Positions 10,248 to 20,400 of a stretch of DNA of 34,076 nucleotides are shown piece by piece. Both the position numbers and the translations under genes were made by a program. Position 1 is the stretch's first letter, and each line of letters opens with the position of its first letter. Under the pieces are notes generated by a model. The model saw nothing but the letters and a program-made list of their open reading frames with translations. It had not been told where the DNA came from and ran no database searches. The DNA is from Myxococcota bacterium (GTDB lineage Bacteria; Myxococcota_C; UBA6777): NCBI GenBank assembly GCA_023150835.1, contig JAKLKB010000064.1, positions 1-34,076 of the forward strand, in the 5' to 3' direction.

Positions 10248-11270
10248 CTACGCACACGAACGAATCATCGCGACACGATCGCCGCCTGCTTGTTTGGCTT
10301 GGTACATGGCTCGATCAGCGTCATCGATTAGTTGTTTGGCCGATAATCCGGGCTTTTCATGCCACAACAACCCCACACTCACAGACACGTGCAACGTCAC
10401 ACGATCCAAGACAAAAGGGGCGTGCATCTCTTGGCGCAGTCGTTCGGCCACCAGACGAGCGTGTTCAAGGGTGGCGGTATTATCGAGCAATACAACAAAT
10501 TCGTCTCCGCCGAACCTTGCGATCGTGTCCACCAAGCGCAGGGTTCGTGTGATGCGCTTTGCAATTTGTTGGAGAAGCTGATCTCCTGCCGTATGCCCGT
10601 GTTGATCGTTGACGCTCTTGAAGTGATCGCAATCCAAAAACAGCAAGGCAACGGGGAGATCGGGGCGGCGGTTCATGCGTTCGAGGGTTTGTTGGAGGCG
10701 GTCCGTAAAGAGGGCGCGGTTGTTGAGTCCCGTCAAAGGGTCATGGGAGGCGAGGTAAGCGAGGCGCTCTTCTTCTTCTTTGAAGGAGGTGATGTCTACG
10801 AAAAATCCCCAGATCTCTTTGGTCGTAGACCAAGGCACTTTTTGAAGATTTCCTCGGCAAAGAAGCCAGTGCCATTCGGGTGCTTCTTCGTTGCTTTTTT
10901 CGTATTGCCTTGCACGAACAGTACAAGAAAAAGGATCGATTATATCGTCTTTTTGGTAATAAATCTGTAATTCTTCTTTTAATTGCGAGGCATCTTGAGG
11001 ATGGAGGCGCACAAGAAAATCTTGTAAGGCGACACCAACAGGGAATTGGGCGTGGGAAACAGCCGATTCGGTGTTTGGCGGTGACCAGTACCACAGCCCC
11101 GCGCAGCTTTGTTGAAGACAGCTATTCCATTGTCGGGCCAGCGTAAGGGGTAGGTGGGGGTCGGTGCTGGGGAAGGCGCACAAAGGTGGGTCCGCGAGGG
11201 GCGTGGGGTTGCTTGTCGAAGATGTGTATCGAATCGAAGGCAGGTGAGGGATCGAAGAATTCTTTTCCAT
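10248..11270 (-). CDS. PAS-like/GGDEF diguanylate cyclase
   Basis: HDPLTGLNNR, DCDHFKSVND, RLVD (RxxD I-site), RFGGDEF, ADRAMYQAK; upstream LHPQD...WHWL PAS-like segment. Start uncertain. Confidence 0.9.
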   Translation of the reverse strand: MEKNSSIPHLPSIRYTSSTSNPTPLADPPLCAFPSTDPHLPLTLARQWNSCLQQSCAGLWYWSPPNTESAVSHAQFPVGVALQDFLVRLHPQDASQLKEELQIYYQKDDIIDPFSCTVRARQYEKSNEEAPEWHWLLCRGNLQKVPWSTTKEIWGFFVDITSFKEEEERLAYLASHDPLTGLNNRALFTDRLQQTLERMNRRPDLPVALLFLDCDHFKSVNDQHGHTAGDQLLQQIAKRITRTLRLVDTIARFGGDEFVVLLDNTATLEHARLVAERLRQEMHAPFVLDRVTLHVSVSVGLLWHEKPGLSAKQLIDDADRAMYQAKQAGGDRVAMIRSCA

Positions 11271-11396
11271 ACTTTTTGTTCTCTACGGCGGGATGTGGAA
11301 TTTGTGGTAGCAACGCAGGCGCACGGAGCGGATGCTGCTTTTTGGGCCGCCTTCGCTCTAAAAACAACGGCATCTTTCGAAAAAGATTTTGGAAGC

Positions 11397-11412
11397 CGTG
11401 ACAAATGTCACA
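11397..11412. promoter_or_regulatory. CRP/FNR-family-like operator CGTGA-N6-TCACA
   Basis: 9/10 match to TGTGA-N6-TCACA in the divergent intergenic region between the GGDEF and SDR genes. Confidence 0.5.
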
Positions 11413-11712
11413 CAATTTTTAATAGGCACCACAGGAGAAATTTTGCAAGATACCGCTGAGCAAGAACTCGCAGTGAGCGGTGGTTGTGGCGGTCGTGTTG
11501 GAAGGCAGAAGGGCCCATCGTCGAAAAGGGCGGGCGGCAGCAACCATCGTAGGAAGGCGATGGGATGGGTCTTGTGAGAGGTCACACATCAGGCTACATT
11601 CTTCGGCGCACAAAAGAACTGTGAAGGTGTGTTTGTTGCGCACCGAATGTTGTGTTGTTGTGATGTCGGTCTGATCGGCGTGATCAAAAAAGAGGAACAG
11701 GAGCGTTGGGCG

Positions 11713-12450
11713 ATGAAGCGGTTTGTTGGGAAGGTTGTTGTGATCACGGGAGGAGCGCAAGGGATCGGTTGGTCGGCTTCTTTGGGGTTTGCGCGAGAAG
11801 GGGCGTTTGTGGCGATCTGGGATTACGATCAAGCGAAGGGAGAGGAAGCGCAAAGAGCACTGTTGGAGGAAGGGTTGGCGGGCTGGTTTCAGCGCGTGAA
11901 TGTGGCGGATCAAGCACAAGTTGACGCGGCTGCATCGGCATTGCAGCAGCGTTGTGGGCGTGTGGATGTGTTGATCAACAATGCGGGGATCACGCGAGAT
12001 GCTTCGCTCAAGAAGATGACGGTCGCCCAATGGCAACAAGTGATCGATGTGAACTTGACGGGTGTGTTTTTGTGTACCCAAGCCTTAACGAATTACATGG
12101 GGCAAGGTGGGCGCGTGATCAACACGTCTTCGGTGGTGGGCCTGTATGGAAACTACGGCCAGACAAATTATGTGGCGACGAAGGCAGGGGTGATCGGGAT
12201 GACAAAGGTGTGGGCGCGTGAGTTGGGCCGGAAGGGGATCACGGTCAATGCGGTAGCACCCGGCTTTATTGCGACGGAGATGATCTCGACAGTGCCAGAA
12301 AAAGTGATTGAGGCGATGCTTCAAAAAACCCCGGTGGGCCGTTTGGGTAAGCCCGAAGATATCGCGCAAGCGTATTTGTTTTTGGCTTCGGAAGAAGCGG
12401 GCTTTATTAACGGAGTGACGCTGAGTGTAGATGGCGGTTTGATGGTGTGA
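11713..12450 (+). CDS. fabG: 3-oxoacyl-ACP reductase / acetoacetyl-CoA reductase-like SDR
   Basis: TGGAQGIG, NNAGITRD, GNYGQTNYVATK (YxxxK), VNAVAPGFIATEM, VDGG. Confidence 0.88.
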   Translation: MKRFVGKVVVITGGAQGIGWSASLGFAREGAFVAIWDYDQAKGEEAQRALLEEGLAGWFQRVNVADQAQVDAAASALQQRCGRVDVLINNAGITRDASLKKMTVAQWQQVIDVNLTGVFLCTQALTNYMGQGGRVINTSSVVGLYGNYGQTNYVATKAGVIGMTKVWARELGRKGITVNAVAPGFIATEMISTVPEKVIEAMLQKTPVGRLGKPEDIAQAYLFLASEEAGFINGVTLSVDGGLMV

Positions 12451-12521
12451 GCCAAGGTTCTTGCTTGTACGGCCCCTTTTGGGAGGGCGATGCGGAGCGT
12501 GGGTCGGTTTGATGGTGTGAG
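12435..12521 (+). repeat. 17-bp direct repeat duplicating the fabG 3' end
   Basis: CGGTTTGATGGTGTGAG at 12435-12451 and 12505-12521. Confidence 0.75.
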
Positions 12522-12558
12522 GGTCTCGATGTTTTTGGCGATGTGACGGGGTGTTTGG

Positions 12559-13431
12559 ATGAAGCGTGTTGCGATCCTTGCGGATATCCATGGGAATATG
12601 CCCGCCTTGTATGCGGTGATGGATGATCTGAAGGAGCAGGCTGTGGATGAAGTGATCGTTGCGGGCGATCTTGTGGGGCGTGGCCCCGAAGGCACGGCTG
12701 TTGTGCGCGAGGTCGTTGCGCAAGGGTGGCCTTGTATTCGTGGCAACCACGAGGATTACATGATCTCCTTTTGTCGGGGGGATATCCCGGATGCTTGGCG
12801 TGTTGACGAAGGGTGGGCAGCGGCGCGCTGGATGGCATCAGAACTTGCGCCCGATGCGTTGGCGTTTATCGCAGCGTTGCCTTTTTCGATCTGTGTGCCC
12901 TCTGCACCTCAGATCCGTGTGGTACATGGGAGTCCCTTGTCGAACACCCAAGGCATCGGCTCGTGGACATCGGACGAAGAGATGTTGGAATTTTTGGGGC
13001 AGATCGAGGAGCGTGTGTTGGTTTGTGCGCACACGCATCGTCCCTTGCATCGGGTGTTTTCGGAAGGTGTGATCGTCAACGTAGGATCGGTGGGATTGCC
13101 GTTTAATGGGGATTGGCGTGCGCAGTATGCGATCTTGGCAGGTCAAGAGGCCGAATGGGACGTGGAATTTCGTTGTGTGCCTTATGATCGCGGGGCTTTG
13201 TTTGCGATCTACGAAGAGAGCGGATTTCTTGCGTGGGGCGGAGCGACATCTGCGCTTCTTCAAAAAGAAATCGAGTATGCACGCCCTTTTTTGGTGCCTT
13301 TTCTGCAATGGGCCGAAGCCAAAGGGCTTTCACCCCGTCTCGGACTCGTGCAAGAATTTCTTGCGGTCTTTGATCCCAACCTTCCCATGCGCGATTTTTT
13401 TGCTCTGTTGCAAACTCTGCAAAAGGAATAA
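12559..13431 (+). CDS. Metallophosphoesterase (calcineurin-like, YfcE-type)
   Basis: ADIHGN, AGDLVG, GNHE, HGSP, HTH, NVGSVG motifs. Confidence 0.92.
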   Translation: MKRVAILADIHGNMPALYAVMDDLKEQAVDEVIVAGDLVGRGPEGTAVVREVVAQGWPCIRGNHEDYMISFCRGDIPDAWRVDEGWAAARWMASELAPDALAFIAALPFSICVPSAPQIRVVHGSPLSNTQGIGSWTSDEEMLEFLGQIEERVLVCAHTHRPLHRVFSEGVIVNVGSVGLPFNGDWRAQYAILAGQEAEWDVEFRCVPYDRGALFAIYEESGFLAWGGATSALLQKEIEYARPFLVPFLQWAEAKGLSPRLGLVQEFLAVFDPNLPMRDFFALLQTLQKE

Positions 13432-13532
13432 AGGCAACATTTCGCGGAGGGCTTTCGATACTGTGCATAAAGGGTGGTCTGTGATCTCGCTCACCACCTG
13501 ATTCCCCCCAAGATGAGGGGCTTCTCGCCGTC

Positions 13533-14381
13533 GTGCGCATCGCCAAGGAGTTCGTCGTGGCTTCACAAAAAATCCCAACCACCGCCCGTCACATCCCCAC
13601 CAACGTCCGCAATACGTTGCGCCAAGACTTCATCAAACAGCGCAAAGAAGCACAGCGCAAAGAAAACGAAGCCCAAACCCCTTCGACCCCGACCGAAAGT
13701 GCCGAATCCAAGGACGCTGCACAGATCCAAGGCCAAGGCCAGATCAAACAATCCCCCAAGCTCCACAAAGAAGGCCCTGTCCAAGAAGTCCGACGCGAAG
13801 ACGTCCCAAAAAGCCAAACCACCGCCGATTCCGAACAAGGGCCGCTTGGTGCGCTAAACTCTTTCGTCGCTCCACTCCAAGACCGCGCCCGTTCTTTTTT
13901 CTCGAACTTGCGTGAAACCCTCTTTGGTGGGCGCAATCAATCGGTCGAAAAATCCGACGTCGACAGCGCAACCCAAGGTGCCTCAGCCAAACCCACCCTC
14001 CAAGAGATCCAAGCCCAAGATCCGTGGGGAACACGCACCAATGGATTGGGCGCTGCGGTTCATCGCGAAGCTGCCGGCGTTTCCATGACACAACAAGCAC
14101 GCCCTCGGCCTTTGCGTGATGCAGGCATCTTTGCAGATCGGCTCCTTGGTGCCGAAGCCGCCGAACTTCCGCGTATCGGTCTTTCCGAAACCGCCCCATC
14201 CGAAGTCCGTCAAGCCCAAACCGTCGAGCGCAAAGCACCTCGTGTCGCTGCTGAACGCACCGCGCAAGAACCCCGTACGGTGTTTTCGCAGCAAGTCTCT
14301 TCGGTCGCAGAGTCCGCACCCATCGAATCCAAAGTCGCAGAGCCGATCTGGGGCGACGATCTCCCGCGTGTTGGCTTCTGA
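13533..14381 (+). CDS. Hypothetical low-complexity protein (Q/E/A/S/P-rich)
   Basis: 282-codon ORF filling the gap on the plus strand with codon usage like its neighbours; GTG start; no recognised motif. Confidence 0.6.
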   Translation: MRIAKEFVVASQKIPTTARHIPTNVRNTLRQDFIKQRKEAQRKENEAQTPSTPTESAESKDAAQIQGQGQIKQSPKLHKEGPVQEVRREDVPKSQTTADSEQGPLGALNSFVAPLQDRARSFFSNLRETLFGGRNQSVEKSDVDSATQGASAKPTLQEIQAQDPWGTRTNGLGAAVHREAAGVSMTQQARPRPLRDAGIFADRLLGAEAAELPRIGLSETAPSEVRQAQTVERKAPRVAAERTAQEPRTVFSQQVSSVAESAPIESKVAEPIWGDDLPRVGF

Positions 14382-14464
14382 TCTCTACAACTCCGGCATG
14401 GTACTTTTCGGGATCGAGCCAAGGCATGGCGACGATCTCCCGCGTGTTGGCTTCTGATCTCTAC
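14352..14464 (+). repeat. 37-bp perfect direct repeat duplicating the 3' end and stop of the upstream gene
   Basis: GGCGACGATCTCCCGCGTGTTGGCTTCTGATCTCTAC at 14352-14388 and 14428-14464, with a 39-bp spacer. Confidence 0.9.
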
Positions 14465-14541
14465 CCCCCCCTCCGCTTTTCTGCCTCGTTTGCTCTTCTC
14501 CCCAACTGCGAACGCCGAATCTTCGTTGAATTTTGTTTGCC

Positions 14542-14570
14542 TTGACACAGCGACAGGGGGGCGTTAGGCT
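14542..14570 (+). promoter_or_regulatory. Sigma-70-type promoter
   Basis: TTGACA-N17-TAGGCT about 90 nt upstream of GTG 14663. Confidence 0.6.
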
Positions 14571-14662
14571 GCTTTTTCGTCGCAGGCCCGCGTGATGGGC
14601 CTTTTCTCCATAACGTGAACACGACCTGTAGTGGGCCTCGCAGGGATTGTAGGACATTCGCG

Positions 14663-15667
14663 GTGGATCGCAACATTACCCTCTCCCAAGAAGAACTTCT
14701 TGCCTTGCTTCATCTGCCCTTTTTTCGGGCTCCCAATCAACTCTCTCCCTTTTACGAACTCCAGCTGCAAGACGCAGGAGCCGACAACGATCCGCAACGA
14801 GGGCTTGCGTTGCTCGCCCAAAAAGATCTGTGGGAACTCAAACGCAAAGAACTTACCCGTGAGGGCCAGCTTCTGTTTATCCCCGTCTTTCAGCCGACTG
14901 CGCGGATCATGTTGTTTTCGGGTGCGCACGAACAAGTCCCCTTCCAAGAATTTTACGGCTACAAACGCTATCTGGTGTTTTTTAGCGACAAACACGGGGT
15001 TTCCATCTCTGGTTCGATCCGCGAACAAGATCTCGCCGAACATCTGCGCAAGATCTTTCCTGACCGCCGATTGCCGTTGTCCAAAAACAAGATCAGCCTC
15101 CTTGAAGACGAGTATATCGCCCTTTGCTTGATGGCGGACCTGACCCGTCGAGAAGGGGCTGATTCGATCTCCGAAGAGGCGTTGTGTACGCATCTTTTGC
15201 GTCGAATGCAAAGCGCCGAAGGTTTGATCTTGCCAGTTCTTGGCCGTTTGTCGGGCGAATTTGCGGGCGTCTTGTTGGATGAACCGAAAGCGATCTTGCC
15301 GGGGGTTGCAGCCTTGGTCAAAGATCGCTTGTTGGAGCAAGTCGCGCCAAAGACTTACACGCTCGCACCCTATACGCGGGTGGTGTTTTTCCATCTGCTT
15401 GATACACGCGAGATCTTTTTGTTGCGTGAAGAGCTGATCGATGGTGAATTGTTGGTGCGCGAAGTCTCGATCTTTAACGGACAACACGGTTATTTCTTGG
15501 GCCGCAGCGCACACTCCCCCCAACATGGACGCCGCGTGATCTTTCTCGAAGATCTCGAATGGCACGAGCTTTTTCGTATCCTCAACGAAGTCGCACGACC
15601 AAGCGATTACGCCAACCGCTTGAGCCTCGAAGTGTTGCGACGCCACCAAGCCTTTACACGCGGTTAG
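14663..15667 (+). CDS. Hypothetical protein with two internally repeated domains (possibly EspG-like)
   Basis: Long ORF with AGGA RBS before GTG 14663; halves begin ITLSQEELLAL and ISLLEDEYIAL. Confidence 0.75.
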   Translation: MDRNITLSQEELLALLHLPFFRAPNQLSPFYELQLQDAGADNDPQRGLALLAQKDLWELKRKELTREGQLLFIPVFQPTARIMLFSGAHEQVPFQEFYGYKRYLVFFSDKHGVSISGSIREQDLAEHLRKIFPDRRLPLSKNKISLLEDEYIALCLMADLTRREGADSISEEALCTHLLRRMQSAEGLILPVLGRLSGEFAGVLLDEPKAILPGVAALVKDRLLEQVAPKTYTLAPYTRVVFFHLLDTREIFLLREELIDGELLVREVSIFNGQHGYFLGRSAHSPQHGRRVIFLEDLEWHELFRILNEVARPSDYANRLSLEVLRRHQAFTRG

Positions 15668-15680
15668 ACCCCACACACCG

Positions 15681-17099
15681 ATGAACAGCACACCTCTTCA
15701 AGCGGCAGAAGCTCTGCCTGATCGAGCGCATTCTGCGGCTTTTTGGCAAGAAGGCAAAGACACACTCCATCTTGCGGGTCCGTTGATCGTGGCGTACGCA
15801 GGGAACCAGATGATGGGCCTTGTGGACACGGCGATTGTGGGGCGTTTGGGCAGCGCGCAGATCGCGGGTACAAGTGCAGCGGGATCATTGTTTTTTGTGA
15901 TCGCGATCCTTGGGATGGGTGTGATGATGGCGCTTGATCCGTTGGCATCGCAGGCGGTGGGAGCGGGCAAACCGACGGAAGCAAGGCGTTATCTGAGCGA
16001 TTCGTTGTGGTTGGCGGTGGGGCTGACGATCCCGCTTTCTTTTTTGATGGTTGCGAGCTTACAGGTTTTGCCGTGGTTTGGTTTTGATGCAGAGACCCGT
16101 CATGAAGCGCATCTGTACCTGTGGGGCCGCTTGCCGGGGTTGTTTCCGCTGTTGGCGTACACGGCTTATCGGGGTTATCTGCAAGCGTTGAGTATGGGCC
16201 GCCCTGTGATGATCGCGACGTTGTTGGCGAATGTGGCGAACATCCCGCTGAGCATCGGTTTGGCGTGGGGAGGACAGATGGGGGTGGGCGGATCGTGGCT
16301 ACCGTGGGGACTTTCCCAAGGCTGGGGGACAGCGGGAGTGGCGATCGCAACGACCTTGGTGACGTTGTTGCAGTGTGCGTTGCTGTGGTGGGTGGTGCGG
16401 TCTCTTGCACCAAAAGATCAAAAAAAAGGCGCGTCTTTGGCGGGTGTTCGGGCGTTGTGGTGGTTGGGGTGGCCGATCGCGCTGCAACATCTTGCGGAAG
16501 TGGGGCTGTTTGTGTTGACGACCTTGTTGATGGGGCATTTTGGTAAGGTGATGTTGGGTGGACACGAAGTCGCGCTCAAGATCGCAAGTTTTACGTTCAC
16601 GGTGTGCCTTGGGGTGGGGCAAGCGACGGCGGTGCGTGTGGGGTATGCGGTCGGACGGTGCGATGCAGCGGGAGCGCGGCGTGCGGGTTGGGTTGGGGGG
16701 AGCGTAGGGATCGCGTTGATGTCGATGAGTGCGTTGATCTTGGTGTCGATGGCGTATCCGTTGGCGTGGTTGTTTGTGAAAGAAGCGGCGGTGATCCACG
16801 CAGCGGTGGCTTTTTTGGGGATCGCGGCGTTGTTTCAGTTGGTGGATGGTGTGCAAGTGGTGGCGACGGGGGCGCTTCGCGGGGCTGGGGACACTCGAAC
16901 GCCCCTTGTCTTGGGCTTGTTGTCGCATTGGTTGATCGGTGTGCCTGTGGGCGTGGTGTTGGCTTTTGGGACATCTTTGGGCGCGATGGGTCTATGGTGG
17001 GGGTTGTGTGCAGGTTTGGCTGCTGCGGCTTGTTTGCTAGGCGTTCGCTTTTGGTGGGTGACGCGTGGTGAGATGCGTGCAGCGAAACACTTTGGTTGA
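15681..17099 (+). CDS. MATE family efflux transporter (NorM-like)
   Basis: VDTAIVGRLG, SQAVGA, NIPL, RVGYAVG, FQLVDGVQ, GALRGAGDT; about 12 TM segments. Confidence 0.93.
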   Translation: MNSTPLQAAEALPDRAHSAAFWQEGKDTLHLAGPLIVAYAGNQMMGLVDTAIVGRLGSAQIAGTSAAGSLFFVIAILGMGVMMALDPLASQAVGAGKPTEARRYLSDSLWLAVGLTIPLSFLMVASLQVLPWFGFDAETRHEAHLYLWGRLPGLFPLLAYTAYRGYLQALSMGRPVMIATLLANVANIPLSIGLAWGGQMGVGGSWLPWGLSQGWGTAGVAIATTLVTLLQCALLWWVVRSLAPKDQKKGASLAGVRALWWLGWPIALQHLAEVGLFVLTTLLMGHFGKVMLGGHEVALKIASFTFTVCLGVGQATAVRVGYAVGRCDAAGARRAGWVGGSVGIALMSMSALILVSMAYPLAWLFVKEAAVIHAAVAFLGIAALFQLVDGVQVVATGALRGAGDTRTPLVLGLLSHWLIGVPVGVVLAFGTSLGAMGLWWGLCAGLAAAACLLGVRFWWVTRGEMRAAKHFG

Positions 17100-17169
17100 T
17101 CATCCCTCTTTTTTTTCCATCGCTTGGCGTGTAGCATAAGCGAGCGTATCGACGGCAGATCAAGACAGT

Positions 17170-17329
17170 AGTGATGCAGTTCGATGGTTTTGTGGGGCTC
17201 TGCCCCATACCCCGAAAGGGACTGTCGCCCCTTGACCCCCGTGTTGGCGGGGCGACCAGAGGTTTTTCACACAGGCGACTCTGTTGCTTGATGCCACACG
17301 AACACGGGGTTTTTGCCAACTGCGCCACT
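17170..17329 (+). mobile_element. MITE-like element family B, copy 2
   Basis: 160 bp; TIRs AGTGATGCAGTT / AACTGCGCCACT (10/12); internal TGTGGGGCTCTGCCCCA hairpin and GCCCCTTGACCCC. Confidence 0.75.
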
Positions 17330-17414
17330 CTCACAATGTTGAGCATTTTTCTCGGAAGATTGGGGTGATAGGGCTGTGTTGTTATCCATTCAATCCAAAA
17401 GACAGAGCGGTCCG

Positions 17415-20400
17415 ATGTTATGGCGATGGGCAGCGTGTTTGTCCCTTCTGATCGGATGCTTGATATTGTTGAGTTGCGAAACTTTTCCGAGCAAGCAGTT
17501 GATCTTTTCGGAGGGAGCGTGTGATCCAGCGATCTGGCACCAAGCCTTTGCGCGTGAGTACGACGATCCGCTGCTTGGTATCCAATCCCCCGAACCTTAC
17601 CGCACGATCTTCAAGGACGGGGTGGAGTTTGCTTGCCTTGTGACCTCTTGGCGCAATCGTGAACCCAACGACGATCGCAAGCATTATACGCGGCTTTTGG
17701 TCAAAGCAGATGGATCGATGACCCACCTCGATCCGATCCAAGATCGCAACGAGCCGATCTTGCGCCTGCCCAAAGACTCCGACAAAGCCGAAGATATCAC
17801 CTTTACGCTGTTTTTTGTGCGTAAGGACTTCTCTCTCCCCGATCTTCACCACGCCACCTGCAAACTGATGCAGTCGCCCACCTTCCAATGCTTCTCCAAA
17901 GAAGGCTCTCAGCGGTGCTTGTGGTTTTTGCGCCTCTTCCCCAAAGATCCCGATGGGACGCTCAAGATCAAACGATGGGACACCTTTGGCGACAAGCCGT
18001 TGCGCTTGCCCGCAGAGTTTCGCAAAGACCTCCCCGACACGCAGCGAGAGGCTTTGTTTCGCAGTTGCCGCTTGTGCGTTCCCGAGGTATGCGACAACGA
18101 AGACAACGATTGCGACGGCAAGATCGACGAAGACGAAAACAACACAGGGGACTATACTCTCGCAAAGACCTGCTACAACGGCTCCAAAGACACGCTTGAT
18201 CCTGAAACGCGAAAGCCTCTTGGCATCTGTCAGCTTGGAACCAAGGTCTGTCAGCGCGGCGGTGGATACGGGACCTGTAGCGATCGCCGCGCAACCACCG
18301 AAGTCTGCAACGGCAAGGACGACGACTGTGACGGACGCACCGACGAAGAAGACGGCAGCACGCCACTTTGCCCAGAAGGCTTTGTGTGTCAGTCAGGTCT
18401 CAGCGATCCCAACAATCCCAAAAGCGAGATCACGGCTCGTTGCGAACCTCCCCCCTGCTTTTCGCCGCGCAAAGAATGTGGTGGCTTTTGCACCGATATC
18501 TTGCTTGATCCCCAAAACTGCGGCGATTGTGGACGTCGCTGCTTGTCTGGAGAAAAGTGCGAAAAAGGTTTGTGTGTCCTCGATTGTCCCGATGGTACGC
18601 CGACTCCGTGTGCGCGTTCGTGCGTCGATCTGCAAAACAACAACAACCATTGCGGTGCTTGCGGTAGCGTCTGCCCCGAAGGCTATCGATGCAAAGACGG
18701 GCGTTGCGAAGTCGGCTGCCCTCCGAATACACCGATCGTTTGCGGCCAAGGCTGCTACGACGTTTCCGATAACCCCAAGCATTGCGGCTTTTGCGGTCGG
18801 ATCTGCCCCGATGGTTATCGTTGCGCAGGGGGCGATTGTTTGATCTCTTGTCCCCAACGCACACCCACCAACTGCGATGAATCGTGCATCGATCTGCAAA
18901 CCAATCCCTCGCATTGTGGGGCATGCAACCGCCGTTGCGCTCCAAGCGAGTACTGCGCCAACGGCGCTTGTGTGCTCGGATGCCCCGATAGTACGCCTTC
19001 CGATTGCAACGGCGCGTGTGTCGATCTCAAAACCAACCCCAACCATTGCGGACGCTGCCGCCTTGTGTGCAAAAGCGGTGAGCGCTGCTTTAACGGCAAG
19101 TGCGTGATCTCTTGCCCTGCGCAAACTCCCACCGATTGCAATGGCGCGTGTGTCGATCTCGCCATCAACCCCAACCATTGCGGTACTTGCGGTGCCGCCT
19201 GCAAGTCGGGCGAAAAATGCTCCAACAGCAAGTGCGTCCCCGACTGTCCCGCTCGTACGCCGATCGATTGCAACGGCGCGTGCATCGATATCCAAAGCAA
19301 CCCCCTGCACTGCGGGGCTTGCAACAACGTCTGCCCCGCAGGTCAGAAATGCTCAAATGGTCGATGCGTTTTGGATTGTCCGCCCCAAACACCCGTCAAT
19401 TGCAACGGTGCGTGCATCGATATCCAAAGCAACCCCCAACATTGCGGAACCTGCGCCAAAGTCTGCGCCAACGGCCAACGCTGTTCGAGCGGCCAATGCG
19501 CACCCTCTTGTCCTGTCGCAACCCCCACAAGCTGCCAAGATGCTTGTGTGAATCTTCAAAACGATCCCAACCATTGCGGTGCTTGCAACAAAGTCTGCGC
19601 CAACGGCCAACGCTGTCTCAGCGGAGTCTGCGTGGTCTCTTGCCCCGCGCAAACCCCCACCGATTGCAACGGCGCTTGTGTCGATCTCAAAACCAACCCC
19701 AATCACTGCGGAGCCTGTGGAAAAGCCTGCAAGAGCGGGGAACTTTGCTTTAATGGAACTTGCCAAACCTCTTGCCCTATTGGAGCGCCCTTGTGTGGTA
19801 GTGGCGCAAACGGCACGTGTTGCAGTTTGAATTGCTGCACCAACGCTTGTGTTGACTTGCAAAACGACCGAAACAACTGCGGCGTCTGCGGAAAAGCCTG
19901 CGCCGCAGGACAGGTCTGCTCGAAGGGCGTCTGTGAGCAAAACTGCCCAACCAACGCCCCTTCTTGCGGAAGCGGTGCTTCGCGGACCTGCTGTAGCTTG
20001 ACTTGTTGCGGAGGGACGGATTGTGTGGCTCTCAGCGACAACCCCAATCACTGCGGTCAATGCGGCAAGATCTGCCCCTCTGGTCAAAGCTGCTGCAGCG
20101 GAACGTGCGTCGATCTGCGAAACAACAAGAACAATTGTGGAGCTTGTGGCCTCAAGTGCGTTGCTGCCGAAGTTTGCACGTCGGGACGCTGTTGTGCAAA
20201 TGGCCATCTGTGGTGTTCCAATCTCTGTATCAACCCGCAAAACAACAACCAACATTGCGGAGCTTGCGGGGTGGTGTGCAACGCACCGACCACTTGTTTA
20301 AACGGCGTGTGTGCCTGTCCAAGCGGCGGGACGGCTTGTGGCAACGAGTGCGTTGATCTCAAAACCAACAACCGCCATTGTGGGGCTTGTGGCAAACTGT

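Noticed and set aside
14352..14464. Mini-CRISPR (37-bp repeat, 39-bp spacer)
   Set aside because: Only two repeats, the first is the coding end of a gene, there is no palindrome or GAAA(C/G) terminus, and no cas genes or leader
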